Shown here in pieces: positions 38,549 through 48,303 of a stretch of 64,000 nucleotides of DNA (the first letter of the stretch is position 1; each line of letters opens with the position of its first letter). The notes below the pieces were generated by a model. It ran no database searches and had not been told where the DNA came from. It saw only the letters and a program-made list of their open reading frames with translations. The DNA is from Candidatus Woesearchaeota archaeon (lineage in GTDB: Archaea; Nanobdellota; Nanobdellia; Woesearchaeales; 21-14-0-10-32-9), in contig JBKHAC010000002.1 of the NCBI GenBank assembly GCA_046543095.1, positions 2,525-66,524 on the forward strand, read 5' to 3'. Made by a program: the position numbers and the translations under genes.

Positions 38549-39034
38549 TTAATCACCTAATTGACGAATATCTGCAACAACAGGACAAGACAATTTCTTA
38601 ATATCACCAACTTTAAGCTTAAATAAAGAATAAATAGTGCCACCCCCAACCAAAACAACCTCGTCATCAGATAAATCACAATCAATAACAAACCTCGCAG
38701 AGTAACCAAAAGGAGGAACGCCACCTGCAGGATAACCAACAAAACTCAAAACATCATCAAAACTAATCAAATCAAGTTTGCCAGAGCCAAAAACATCCTT
38801 GACTTTACTTTTCCGCACACGCTCAGTACTACGAATAATTGCAGAATAAACAACATTCTCTTTGTCTTTAAACAAAATAGTCTTAACAATCTTACTCAAA
38901 TCAAGCTTTGATGCTGAGGCTGAACTCTTCGAATCTTTAACAGATTCCTCAAAGACTATTAATTCAGCATTTATGTCTTTGTCTTTTAAAATCTTAAGTA
39001 ATTTATCTTGAGACATAAAAATAAACAAAAACAT
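38549..39034 (-). CDS. YbaK/ProX-type aminoacyl-tRNA deacylase domain protein
   Basis: GYPAGGVPPFGY...VIDCDL...VLVGGG matches the YbaK/ProRS-associated editing domain. Confidence 0.65.
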   Translation of the reverse strand: MFLFIFMSQDKLLKILKDKDINAELIVFEESVKDSKSSASASKLDLSKIVKTILFKDKENVVYSAIIRSTERVRKSKVKDVFGSGKLDLISFDDVLSFVGYPAGGVPPFGYSARFVIDCDLSDDEVVLVGGGTIYSLFKLKVGDIKKLSCPVVADIRQLGD

Positions 39035-39180
39035 AAAATATTAAAAATTTTATGAAACTAAAACATATTTAAATTAACACAAAATAGCGCACCTCACAAA
39101 ACAAGATACTTCAAAAATACATTGAGCACTGAGACTAATGGCTCTAAAGTTCAAAGGAACAAATATATTTGTATAACTTA

Positions 39181-39370
39181 AATTACGAGCGGAAGAAATC
39201 CTCAATTTTTTTGCGCGGGGCAAAAAAATGTTACCTTTAGGCTTCAGATTTTTTCTCTCTCTAATTTGCCAAAGTTAAAGCGGAAGAAATCCTTGATTTT
39301 TAGCGTTAGCTAAAAAGTTAACCGAAGGTTAACCCTTTAGGGCGGGGAAGTGCCCTCCAACTTTTTCAAT
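39181..39370 (+). repeat. Family-3 repeat, long form (duplicated head module plus a TTTTTTTGCgcgggGCAAAAAAA hairpin)
   Basis: Aligns with 42906..43097 and with 6298..6396 over its 3' 100 nt. Confidence 0.8.
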
Positions 39371-39488
39371 TAAGCAGTATTAATTTTACACAGCACTAAA
39401 ATATTATAACACAAATTAAAAAAAATTTTATTTCTAGAGCCTCTAATATTAGCAAAATATAAATATGCGGCCATCTTCCTAAACAATT

Positions 39489-40043
39489 ATGATTGACGAA
39501 TCAATAAAACTTACTGAAAACGAGAAAAAAGTATTAAAAGAACTAACTGACAAAGGAAGAATAACAGATACTAAACTCGCAGACTCAATGGCAATAACTC
39601 AACAAGCAGTATACCAAATAAGAAACAGACTCGAAAGTCTAGGGATAATAGAAGGATATGAACCCATATTAAATTTAAAAAAAATAGGAATAAAAATAAT
39701 ATGGGTTATAGGAATAGAAATACTACCTGAGATGTGGGAAAACTTAAAGGAACACGAAATAACAAAAAGATTACAAGAAATACCTCACACACTAAAAATA
39801 ATAAGATTGCCATCATCAGATATATCATATATTATAATACTAGGACTAAAATCCATAATTGAACGAGAAACACTATCAGCCCAAATAGAAACAAAACTAG
39901 CCAAAAAAATAAATATAGTCTGGTCATACACAACATCATGTGATAACTACATAGAAAAAAATAAAACAAACTGCATAGACTACGCAACGAGCAAAAAAGA
40001 ATTTAACTATACTAAACTAATCGAAAAATTAAACAAAAAGTAA
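39489..40043 (+). CDS. HTH transcription regulator (Lrp/AsnC-like N-terminal wHTH)
   Basis: LKELTDKGRITDTKLADSMAITQQAVYQIRNRLESLGII. Confidence 0.5.
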   Translation: MIDESIKLTENEKKVLKELTDKGRITDTKLADSMAITQQAVYQIRNRLESLGIIEGYEPILNLKKIGIKIIWVIGIEILPEMWENLKEHEITKRLQEIPHTLKIIRLPSSDISYIIILGLKSIIERETLSAQIETKLAKKINIVWSYTTSCDNYIEKNKTNCIDYATSKKEFNYTKLIEKLNKK

Positions 40044-40064
40044 CATACAAAAAAATACAAATAA

Positions 40065-40097
40065 CTATTTGTAATATACAAGAAACAATTTTTAAAC
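40065..40097 (+). promoter_or_regulatory. Duplicated 33-bp promoter-proximal module (family 8), 35 bp upstream of pcm
   Basis: Identical CTATTTGTAATATACAAGAAACAATTTTTAAAC at 41664..41697, 51 bp upstream of the 41748 gene. Contains a TATA-like TAATATAC. Confidence 0.5.
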
Positions 40098-40131
40098 TTC
40101 TACCACCTAAATAATACTTGGAGGCAAATTA

Positions 40132-40730
40132 ATGCGAGAAGAATTCGTAAAAAAACTACAAGAAAAAGGAGTAGCAAAAAATCCAAGAGTTGCAGCAGCA
40201 CTAAAAGACACAAACCGCGCAGACTTTATGATAACAGGCGACCCAGAACAAGATGAACCACAAAGAATTTACGCAGGACAAACAATAAGCCAACCATACA
40301 CAGTAGCGTTCATGCTAGACTTATTAAGACTCAAACCCGGACAAAAAATATTAGATGTCGGAAGTGAAAGCGGATGGACAACCACTCTTCTCGCACACAT
40401 AACAGGAGAAGAAGAAAATGTAATAGGTGTAAAAATAGAACCAGAACTCGTATCATTTGGACAAAACAATTTAAAAAAAATACCTTTTTGAAAATACAAA
40501 AATAATCAAAGCAACTACAAACACATACGGCGCGCCAGAATACACATTATACAACAGACTACAACTATCTGCCGCGGCAACAGAAGAAGCAATACAAATA
40601 CTATTAAAACAATTAAAATCAGATGGAATAGTAGTAGAACCCTTAGGCCAAGAAATACTAAAAATAACAAAAGAAAAAAGAGAAAGATGGCGAAGTTTTA
40701 GTTTTGTACCACTCAAAAAAATAAATTCAT
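40132..40730 (+). pseudogene. pcm: Protein-L-isoaspartate O-methyltransferase with a +1 frame break at an A8 run (40481..40488). Intact if the run were A7.
   Basis: N-terminal part ends ...NNLKKIPF* at 40491. The next frame continues YLFENTKIIKATTNTYGAPEY...GIVVEPLG...FSFVPLKKINS, matching the PCMT C-terminal half. Confidence 0.6.
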
Positions 40731-40751
40731 AAAACAACGAGGTAAATAAAC

Positions 40752-41078
40752 ATGACCAATAAAAAAAATACAGGAATATTAACCATAATTAAAGAAACCC
40801 TAAAACAAATAATAAACTTGATGTTAGATGACATTTTAGACAAAATAAATAACAAAACAGAAATCATGATAAAAAAAACAGAACACAAAATCCTGAAACT
40901 ACAAAAAAAACTACTAAAAAACATGACAGCATACACCCTAACAATAATAGGGGCTTTTTTTTTAATACTCGCATTTCTATTTTTCTTAATAGAATATGTG
41001 ATGCTAAGCAAAACAATATCATTCTTAATTACAGGAATGATAATAATAATCACAGGGTTTTTAATAAAAAAACTCTGA
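40752..41078 (+). CDS. Small membrane protein
   Basis: Two C-terminal TM helices. SD-like AACGAGGTAAAT upstream. Confidence 0.4.
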   Translation: MTNKKNTGILTIIKETLKQIINLMLDDILDKINNKTEIMIKKTEHKILKLQKKLLKNMTAYTLTIIGAFFLILAFLFFLIEYVMLSKTISFLITGMIIIITGFLIKKL

Positions 41079-41095
41079 TGAGGAGGTAGAAAAAA

Positions 41096-41371
41096 ATGGC
41101 AAATAAGAAAAAAGAAGAATTAAGAAAACAATTATATGACAGAGTAGACGCGCTAATAGATGAAACCGAAGATATAACAGAACGTGGAAAAAACATCGCG
41201 GAAAATATACATGAAAAAATACACGAAACAAAAAAAAACATATACGACGCACGAGAGAGAACAGACAAATACATACAAGAAAAACCCGAACAATCAGTAC
41301 TAATCGCAGCAGGCGTAGGCGCAGCAATAGGCGCAATAATCACAGCAACTATTATGAGACGACGAAACTAA
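41096..41371 (+). CDS. DUF883/ElaB-YqjD-like tail-anchored protein
   Basis: Coiled-coil N-terminus and a C-terminal TM helix ending RRRN. SD GAGGAGGTAGAAAAAAATG. Confidence 0.45.
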   Translation: MANKKKEELRKQLYDRVDALIDETEDITERGKNIAENIHEKIHETKKNIYDARERTDKYIQEKPEQSVLIAAGVGAAIGAIITATIMRRRN

Positions 41372-41392
41372 CTATTTTTTAGGTTATATAAA

Positions 41393-41480
41393 GTATATTC
41401 ACGGTAACGCGTTCATATAATACAGAAAAATCAAACTACTATTTGAAAATTTAATCAAACTTGTTTGATTTCTCTGGTTA
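41393..41480 (+). repeat. Family-7 element with the AATCAAACTTGTTTGATT palindrome, 3' of the gene ending at 41371
   Basis: GTATATTCACGGTAACGCGTTCATATAA...CTATTTGAAAATTTAATCAAACTTGTTTGATTTCTCTGG. Confidence 0.7.
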
Positions 41481-41747
41481 ACTTTTCAAAATCTTTATTA
41501 AATTACAACAGAAAGGAGTCTTGTTTTTTGTTGTTAGATGAGAATATAATTTATATGAATTGAGAACTTGTTTAAGTGATAATCATTTAAAGAGGAAAGA
41601 TAGTATTCTCTGTTTTTACAAGTTTCTCGCGCCGTATACTTGATTACAATTAAATTTAATTATATATTTGTAATATACAAGAAACAATTTTTAAACATTT
41701 GTTTACATATTATATTTATGATTTAGTTAACTGGAGGAGGTTATTTT

Positions 41748-42035
41748 ATGAAATACTTGTTAATTTTTGGAGCGCTTTCTTTACTTTTTTTGGCGGGTTG
41801 CACTCAGAGTATCAATGATATTAAAAACGAAGACAAAATAGGAGATCGCGTAGTTGTTAGGGGTGTTGTTGACTCATCTATTAAAATAGGTGATTTGTCA
41901 GGTTTTGTCTTAGTTGATGATAGAGACGAGTCTATTGCAGTGGCAAGTGATGATTTGCCTGCTGAAGGTGAGAACGTTATTATTCGTGGTGTTTTAATGA
42001 GAGACGCTATTTTTGGATATTATATCCAAAATTAA
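41748..42035 (+). CDS. Small lipoprotein (LAGC lipobox) with an OB-fold-like domain
   Basis: MKYLLIFGALSLLFLAGC. G/T3-rich codon usage, atypical for this window. Confidence 0.5.
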   Translation: MKYLLIFGALSLLFLAGCTQSINDIKNEDKIGDRVVVRGVVDSSIKIGDLSGFVLVDDRDESIAVASDDLPAEGENVIIRGVLMRDAIFGYYIQN

Positions 42036-42083
42036 TTATTAAATATTTTTTTAAATTAATTCAAGTAGAAGAAGGTGTTTTAT

Positions 42084-42218
42084 ATGGAGATTGGTTTATT
42101 TATAAGTCCTGTTATTACAATTATCACAGGGATTTTGATCTTAATATTTCCTAATTCGTTAAGATTCTTAGTCGGTGGTTATTTGATTTTAATAGGTATT
42201 GTTAATTTGTTATTTTAA
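42084..42218 (+). CDS. 44-aa two-helix membrane peptide (DUF3096-like)
   Basis: MEIGLFISPVITIITGILILIFPNSLRFLVGGYLILIGIVNLLF. SD GAAGGTG upstream. Not in the ORF track (below its length cutoff). Confidence 0.4.
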   Translation: MEIGLFISPVITIITGILILIFPNSLRFLVGGYLILIGIVNLLF

Positions 42219-42228
42219 GCTTTAGGAG

Positions 42229-42462
42229 GTGGTTTATTTGCCTTACAAAAAGGTTTCGAGTTTGCCTGAGCAAGTAAAAGATAATTTGCCCAAACACGCG
42301 ATGAAGATTTACAAAGAGGCTTACAATAATGCATTCGAACAATATAAAGATCCATCAAAAAGGAAAGGCGACGCATCTAGAGAAGAAGCGGCGCACAAAG
42401 TTGCTTGGGCTGCTGTTAAGCAGAAATATGAAAAAGAAGGTGATAGATGGGTAGAGAAATAA
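42229..42462 (+). CDS. ChaB-family protein
   Basis: LP..VKDNLPKHAMKIYKEAYNNA...EEAAHKVAWAAVKQKYEKEGDRW matches the ChaB consensus. SD TTAGGAGGTGG. Confidence 0.6.
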   Translation: MVYLPYKKVSSLPEQVKDNLPKHAMKIYKEAYNNAFEQYKDPSKRKGDASREEAAHKVAWAAVKQKYEKEGDRWVEK

Positions 42463-42488
42463 TTTTTTTAATTTTTTTATTGGTTTTA

Positions 42489-42632
42489 TTACAAATTGAG
42501 TTTAATACCTCGCTGCTTCGCAGTGACTTCAGACTCGATTTGTAATGACAGAAAATCCGCCAGCTAAAATTCGCGTCAGTACTACGCAGCTCTGCTGCGC
42601 GAGATAGCGAATTTTAGGATTTTCGTTTTATT
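42489..42632 (+). ncRNA. Family-2 structured element, copy B, ending directly at the SD of the gene at 42642
   Basis: Same stems as 3901..4044. Outer stem TTACAAATTGAGT/ACTCGATTTGTAA has a T-G wobble. Confidence 0.45.
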
Positions 42633-42641
42633 GGAGGTGAT

Positions 42642-42887
42642 ATGATGGAACCATATACAAATATACAACATGTCGTTCCCGCAGATGGTAAGTGGGGCGT
42701 TAGGGCTGAGAATAGTGAGCAACCATCTAAACTATTTGATTTGAAGATGAGTGCGATATCTCATGCGTTTGATATTACAAAAAAGCATGAGGGGGGACGA
42801 GTGGTTGTTCATCGCGAGGATGGCTCTTTTGAAAATGTTAATATAACTGAAGATACATCCAAGTTAATGACTATTTTGAGGTCTTAA
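42642..42887 (+). CDS. DUF2188-like small protein
   Basis: VVPADGKWGVRAENSEQPSKLFDLKMSAISHAFDITKK...VVVHREDGSF pattern. SD GGAGGTGA. Confidence 0.5.
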   Translation: MMEPYTNIQHVVPADGKWGVRAENSEQPSKLFDLKMSAISHAFDITKKHEGGRVVVHREDGSFENVNITEDTSKLMTILRS

Positions 42888-42905
42888 TTTTTTCTTTTTT
42901 TCTTT

Positions 42906-43097
42906 AAATTACGAGCGGAAGAAATCCTCAATTTTTTTGCGTCAAGGAAAAAAATGTTGCCTTTAGGCTTCAGATGTTTTCCCTCACTAATTTGCTAAAG
43001 TTAGAGCGGAAGAATCCTCGCTTTTTAGCGTTAGCTAAAAAGTTAACCGAAGGTTAACCCTTTAGGGGGGGGAAGTGCCCTCTAACTCTTTCAATTT
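42906..43097 (+). repeat. Family-3 repeat, long form; a partial extra copy at 43141..43215
   Basis: Aligns to 39181..39370. Confidence 0.8.
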
Positions 43098-43405
43098 TTG
43101 TCAAGATTCTTTTTTATTATCTTATGTCGTCTATTTATGTATAGAATAATTCTTAATTTTTAGCGCTAGCTAAAACAAAGTTAACGTTTTAAGGAAAAGC
43201 GCATCTAACTTTTTAAAAGTTCTTCATAGTTTAGTTTAATTTAAAAGCATTATACTAAAAAGACTTCGGTTTTTCTCGCATCCTTAAAATTCGCCGTTTA
43301 AGAAAGTGTTCAGTCATACCTCGCGCTTTAGCTTGGGATTGAACACTTTCGACAAATTGTCATAAGTTTAGAAAAAATATGCTCGCAATTTAATAAAAAA
43401 ATCAT

Positions 43406-43765
43406 TCAAATAACTAAATTCATACGAAGCGTAGCATACCTTAAAAGCTCACGCAAAACAACTTGCTCACCTGCACTCAAACTCTTCGATAACTCTTTTA
43501 CTTTAATGAAAAAAAACTTATCACGATTAACCCAAATCTGAGTTTTATCACCATTAAAATCATGAAAAAAAGCAACACTACTCTTTTTCTCCTCAAGAAC
43601 AAGAAGAATCTCACCAAGCTCAACATCACTCATCTTAACTTTCTTCCAAGACCAAGAACTACCAATGTTTTTACCGAACTCAAAATAAAATTCACACCGC
43701 TCATTAAGATAAGCCTTTAAACAATTATCTTTACCAAAAAAATCACGACCAAAAATTTTCTTCAT
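43406..43765 (-). CDS. Hypothetical protein
   Basis: ORF only. Confidence 0.3.
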   Translation of the reverse strand: MKKIFGRDFFGKDNCLKAYLNERCEFYFEFGKNIGSSWSWKKVKMSDVELGEILLVLEEKKSSVAFFHDFNGDKTQIWVNRDKFFFIKVKELSKSLSAGEQVVLRELLRYATLRMNLVI

Positions 43766-43857
43766 AAAACAAAATAAATAATAAATAGTTTAAAAAACAT
43801 TTTAGCACAAATGTCTAGTGCTCAAAGATTTTGAGGCATAAAATTTAGAGCACCAAT

Positions 43858-45651
43858 ATGTATATAAAGTTAGACCAAATCCTAAAATATATGGAAAATG
43901 AAAAAGAGATATGGAATTTAAACGATTTACTCAAAGAGCAAAGCGAAGAAGAAATAATTACACACGTACAAGAATTAAAAAAAGAAATAATATTAAAAAA
44001 AAACAAACTCGATGACGCAACACCTACACTCATCCTTGAAATTATAAAATTAAATGAAGAACTTGAAATAGAATTATCAAATATATTTTCATACTATTCA
44101 CTTAGAACTTATGCAAACATACATGATGAGGAAGCAAACGCGAAACTAGATTATTACACACAAATCGCGACCGAGATAGATAATGAAACAATGTTCTTCG
44201 AACTATGGCTGATAAAACTCGACGATGATAAAGCACAAGAATATTTGAACGCACCTGAACTTCGCGAATATAAAAAACACATTAAAGATTTGATAAAATT
44301 AAAACCTCACACAAAAACAGAGGAAATAGAAAAAATACTCAACATAAAAAACATAACAGGAAGAGACGCATTCTCAAATATATACGATTTAATTACAGCA
44401 TCATTTAAATTCGAATTATTTGATGAAAAAAAATTAACACAAGAAGAAATAACAGCGAAGTATTCAGATAAAGACCCAACTGTACGAGAAGCAGCATATA
44501 ACTCAGTTCTTAGCGTATACAAAGAAAACAGCACCACACTACACGAAATATACAAAAACATAGCACTAGGATGGTCTGGTGAAAAAATAAAAATAAGAAA
44601 CTACAAAAACGCTATACACCCAAGAAATCACGCAAACGACTTAACTGAGGAAGTAGTACAAAATATGCTCGAGGTTATACGAGAAAATAAACATATATTC
44701 CAAGAATACTTCAAATTAAAACAAAAATTTCTCGAAAAAAAAGGACAACCACACAAATACTCAAGATATCACATTTACGCACCATACAACGTGGAGAGAG
44801 AATACACATATGCTGATAGCAAAAAACTAGTGCTCGAAACATACAGAGAATTCGACGAAGAATTCTACCAATACGCAAAAAAAATATTTGATGAAAAACA
44901 CATACACTCACACCCTGAGAAAGGAAAGAGAAGCGGAGCATTCTGCCACGCACCAAACAACAAGATGACGCCATATATATTACTCAATCACACAAACAAA
45001 TTAAGAGATATATTTACAATGATGCACGAACTCGGACACGCAATACACGACATATACACATATAAAAACCCAAACACCTTACACCACCCAGTACTGCCAC
45101 TCGCAGAGACAGCATCAATATTCGGCGAGACAATACTTACAAAAAAATTAATAGAAACAACACAAAACGAAGATGAAAAAGCAGCACTATTAATGCATGC
45201 ACTAGACCATTACTACGCATCAATACTTCGCCAAGCATACTTCGTAATCTTCGAAGAGATAGCACACAAAAAAATAACAGAAGGAGTTACAAAAAAAGAA
45301 CTAGACGATATATATTACGAATTACTCAAAGAACAATTCGGAGACATGGACGTCCCAGAACTATTCAAATGCGAATGGAACTACATACCACACATACACC
45401 ACACGCCCTTTTACTGCTACGCATACAGCTGGGGGAACCTATTAGTACTCGCACTATACGCCGAATACGAAAAAAATCCAGAATTTAAAGAAAAAATAAA
45501 AAACATACTCAAAGCAGGAGGTACAAAGGATACGCTCGACATACTAAAAGAGGCAGGAGTAAATGCCGAACAAAAAAAATTCTGGGAAGCAGGATTTAAA
45601 ATAATACAAGAAGAATTAGATGAGTATAAAAAAATAATAGAAAAATTATAA
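43858..45651 (+). CDS. pepF: Oligoendopeptidase F (M3B family zinc metallopeptidase)
   Basis: HELGHAIH zinc motif at the M3 position. About 600 aa. Overall colinearity with PepF. Confidence 0.8.
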   Translation: MYIKLDQILKYMENEKEIWNLNDLLKEQSEEEIITHVQELKKEIILKKNKLDDATPTLILEIIKLNEELEIELSNIFSYYSLRTYANIHDEEANAKLDYYTQIATEIDNETMFFELWLIKLDDDKAQEYLNAPELREYKKHIKDLIKLKPHTKTEEIEKILNIKNITGRDAFSNIYDLITASFKFELFDEKKLTQEEITAKYSDKDPTVREAAYNSVLSVYKENSTTLHEIYKNIALGWSGEKIKIRNYKNAIHPRNHANDLTEEVVQNMLEVIRENKHIFQEYFKLKQKFLEKKGQPHKYSRYHIYAPYNVEREYTYADSKKLVLETYREFDEEFYQYAKKIFDEKHIHSHPEKGKRSGAFCHAPNNKMTPYILLNHTNKLRDIFTMMHELGHAIHDIYTYKNPNTLHHPVLPLAETASIFGETILTKKLIETTQNEDEKAALLMHALDHYYASILRQAYFVIFEEIAHKKITEGVTKKELDDIYYELLKEQFGDMDVPELFKCEWNYIPHIHHTPFYCYAYSWGNLLVLALYAEYEKNPEFKEKIKNILKAGGTKDTLDILKEAGVNAEQKKFWEAGFKIIQEELDEYKKIIEKL

Positions 45652-45655
45652 AAAA

Positions 45656-46408
45656 TTAATTTAAAGAAACACCAACTTTTTCAAGATTAATAATATTTAC
45701 AGATTCAATTTGCTCCTCGAGCTCACTAAACGTCAAAAACATCAAACTAATAGAATTCAAAAGCAAAGAATACGAAAAAAAAGCCATGAATTCATCATAA
45801 TCTTCAAATTTAACCTGCCAAGAATTTGCAATCTCAAAAAAATTATCAGAACCAAAACCCGCACGAAGAGCCAAACGAACATTGCCTGCAAGATCTTTAA
45901 AATAAGAATCAATTTCTCTAACATCCTTGCACGCAGCTAATAGAGCTCTAGCCTCCTCAACATTATATGCCCAACTAGTCATAAATTTATAAAAATCAGA
46001 CTCTAATTCAGTTTTCAAAAATAATTCCTGCGCATTAAAACGCTTAAAAGACTTATCCATTAAAGAATTAAACAAGTTATGAAATTCGAATAGCCTACCA
46101 ATGTTATTGAATAATGCAGAATTACCGGATCTCACTTTAATCCAACCACTCAATTCATCCAAATAAGAAATAGTCTTATCAAGACCCTTACGCACAAGAT
46201 CTAAATAAGGCCCCTCATTTTTATGAGCACGCCTCAAAAGACGCAAACCCTCTTCACTCGATACATCTTCAGATAATAACTTAGCACCCTCAATCAAATC
46301 ACTCGAAACAGATGTTCTAACATCAAGAGACCTAAATAAATGCTGCCTAAATTCATTAATCATAACAATTTTCGATTCAATAGTAATTTTAAGATTTTCA
46401 TCGTCCAT
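45656..46408 (-). CDS. Hypothetical protein
   Basis: ORF only. Confidence 0.3.
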   Translation of the reverse strand: MDDENLKITIESKIVMINEFRQHLFRSLDVRTSVSSDLIEGAKLLSEDVSSEEGLRLLRRAHKNEGPYLDLVRKGLDKTISYLDELSGWIKVRSGNSALFNNIGRLFEFHNLFNSLMDKSFKRFNAQELFLKTELESDFYKFMTSWAYNVEEARALLAACKDVREIDSYFKDLAGNVRLALRAGFGSDNFFEIANSWQVKFEDYDEFMAFFSYSLLLNSISLMFLTFSELEEQIESVNIINLEKVGVSLN

Positions 46409-46528
46409 AAATAAAAAAACACTCAGACTTATTTTATAAATTTATCGAAGAAAAAAATAATTTTTTTCACACCACTAATTATTCTAAGAAAAATAATTTA
46501 AAGAAACAACAATTCTTAAAAAAAATAT

Positions 46529-47542
46529 ATGAAAGCAATACGCACAGAATTAAAAAATGCAGAGAGAGTAAAAAAACAATTAATAGATAAAAAACTCCTC
46601 AACACAAAATATAGAATAAAAAAAGAACAAAATCACCTAATATTCCCCGTGACAGATTCTTTTAATTTAGACGGATACGAAACAATAGATGCAGAATTTG
46701 ACGAAACAAATAATACTGAGCGAGACCTAAAAAAATTACTTGAGAAAAAATTAACGCCTGAAGAACTAGAAAAACTAAAAACAGCATTCGACACAGTAGG
46801 TGATATCGCAATACTTGAAATCGACGATGATCTTCGCATAAAAGAACAATTAATAGCAAAAACACTCCTCGAGAGCCACCAAAACATAAAAACAGTACTC
46901 AGGAAAGATGACAAACACGACGGCGAATTTAGAACACAAAAAATGATGTGGCTTGCAGGAGAGAACAAAAAAGAAACCACGCATAAAGAGAATGGCGCAA
47001 TAATAAAAGTAAACGTCGAGGAAGTATATTTCTCACCGAGACTTTCAAATGAGCGAAGAAGAATAGCAAACCAAGTCAAAGAAGATGAGGAAATACTTGT
47101 AATGTTTTCAGGTTGCGCACCATACCCTTGCGTCCTTTCAAAAAACACAAAAGCAAAACACATAACAGGAATAGAACTAAATCCAAAAGGACACGAATAC
47201 GGACTTGAAAACATAAAATTAAACAAACTAAAAAATGTCATATTAATCAATGGAGACGTCAAAGAAGTATGCCAAAACCTTAATAAAAAATACGATAGAA
47301 TACTCATGCCACTCCCAAAAAACGCAGAAGACTTCCTCGACGCAGCACTAAAAGTCTCAAAACAAGGAACAATCATTCATTTCTACAATTTCTTGCATGA
47401 AGATGAATTTAATGAAGCTGAGAGAAAAGTACAAAATGCATGTACAAAATGGGGATTTGAATACAAAAAAATAGAACTCATAAAAGCAGGACAACAATCA
47501 CCCCACACATATAGAATATGCCTCGATTTCAAAGTAGAATAA
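46529..47542 (+). CDS. trm5: tRNA (m1G37) methyltransferase Trm5/Taw-like (Met-10+ domain)
   Basis: ILVMFSGCAPYPCVLSKN...ITGIELNP...NGD Rossmann/Met-10+ motifs. 337 aa. Confidence 0.7.
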   Translation: MKAIRTELKNAERVKKQLIDKKLLNTKYRIKKEQNHLIFPVTDSFNLDGYETIDAEFDETNNTERDLKKLLEKKLTPEELEKLKTAFDTVGDIAILEIDDDLRIKEQLIAKTLLESHQNIKTVLRKDDKHDGEFRTQKMMWLAGENKKETTHKENGAIIKVNVEEVYFSPRLSNERRRIANQVKEDEEILVMFSGCAPYPCVLSKNTKAKHITGIELNPKGHEYGLENIKLNKLKNVILINGDVKEVCQNLNKKYDRILMPLPKNAEDFLDAALKVSKQGTIIHFYNFLHEDEFNEAERKVQNACTKWGFEYKKIELIKAGQQSPHTYRICLDFKVE

Positions 47543-47650
47543 AACCCATTAAAACATAAATAAAACATAATGATGGAACACTAAACTAGAAAAAGATAAC
47601 AAAAAGAAAAAAAGAAAAAAAATAAATTCTCAAAAAAATTCAAACTAAAT

Positions 47651-47950
47651 TCAAGCCAAGTTATTCAATTCAGACTGAACAATCCCTGGAGTTATTATAC
47701 TAATAAACAAAAATAAAACAAACCACAAAACAGTGTTATCATCTTTTTTAACAAACTTAGAGAACGCCTCACTATATTTATAGAGCCAATAAATATTCAC
47801 AAAAGGAATAATCAAAAGCCAAGCAGTAGGAATATTCGCACCAAGACCATTCATCTCAGTTTTGGTTGAAACATACCAATAAATACCATATATGCCAAAA
47901 GTTATAAAAGTGTACAAATATACCAACAAAATATTTCTTTTCTTTACCAT
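47651..47950 (-). CDS. Small membrane protein (3 TM)
   Basis: Hydrophobicity pattern. Confidence 0.35.
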   Translation of the reverse strand: MVKKRNILLVYLYTFITFGIYGIYWYVSTKTEMNGLGANIPTAWLLIIPFVNIYWLYKYSEAFSKFVKKDDNTVLWFVLFLFISIITPGIVQSELNNLA

Positions 47951-48042
47951 TCTCTAAAGCCTCCTTATATGCGCATACGCACACAAATTATTTATCCAAC
48001 TTTATTTATAACCTCTCGACTTTAAAAATATTTCTTTTAATC

Positions 48043-48208
48043 GGACTCATAGAAATCCTTTTCGAACCAATAAAATCTTAATGATGCTATGCTCCGTTTC
48101 CATATTATTTAGACATTTGAACCGAGCCCTACACACCACAGATGTTTGATATATGACTTAGGCAAGATAGCATCATTATTAAAATTTCAATAGAATTTCT
48201 ATAAGGCC
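48043..48208 (+). repeat. Family-4 TIR element
   Basis: GGACTCATAGAAATCC ... GAATTTCTATAAGGCC. Confidence 0.8.
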
Positions 48209-48303
48209 ATTTAATTAGCTGCAGGCAAAAATCTTGCAGGACGCAACAATCATAACTCGCAATTTAATAATATTTAAATAAACAGGGTCCAACCCCAATA
48301 ATA

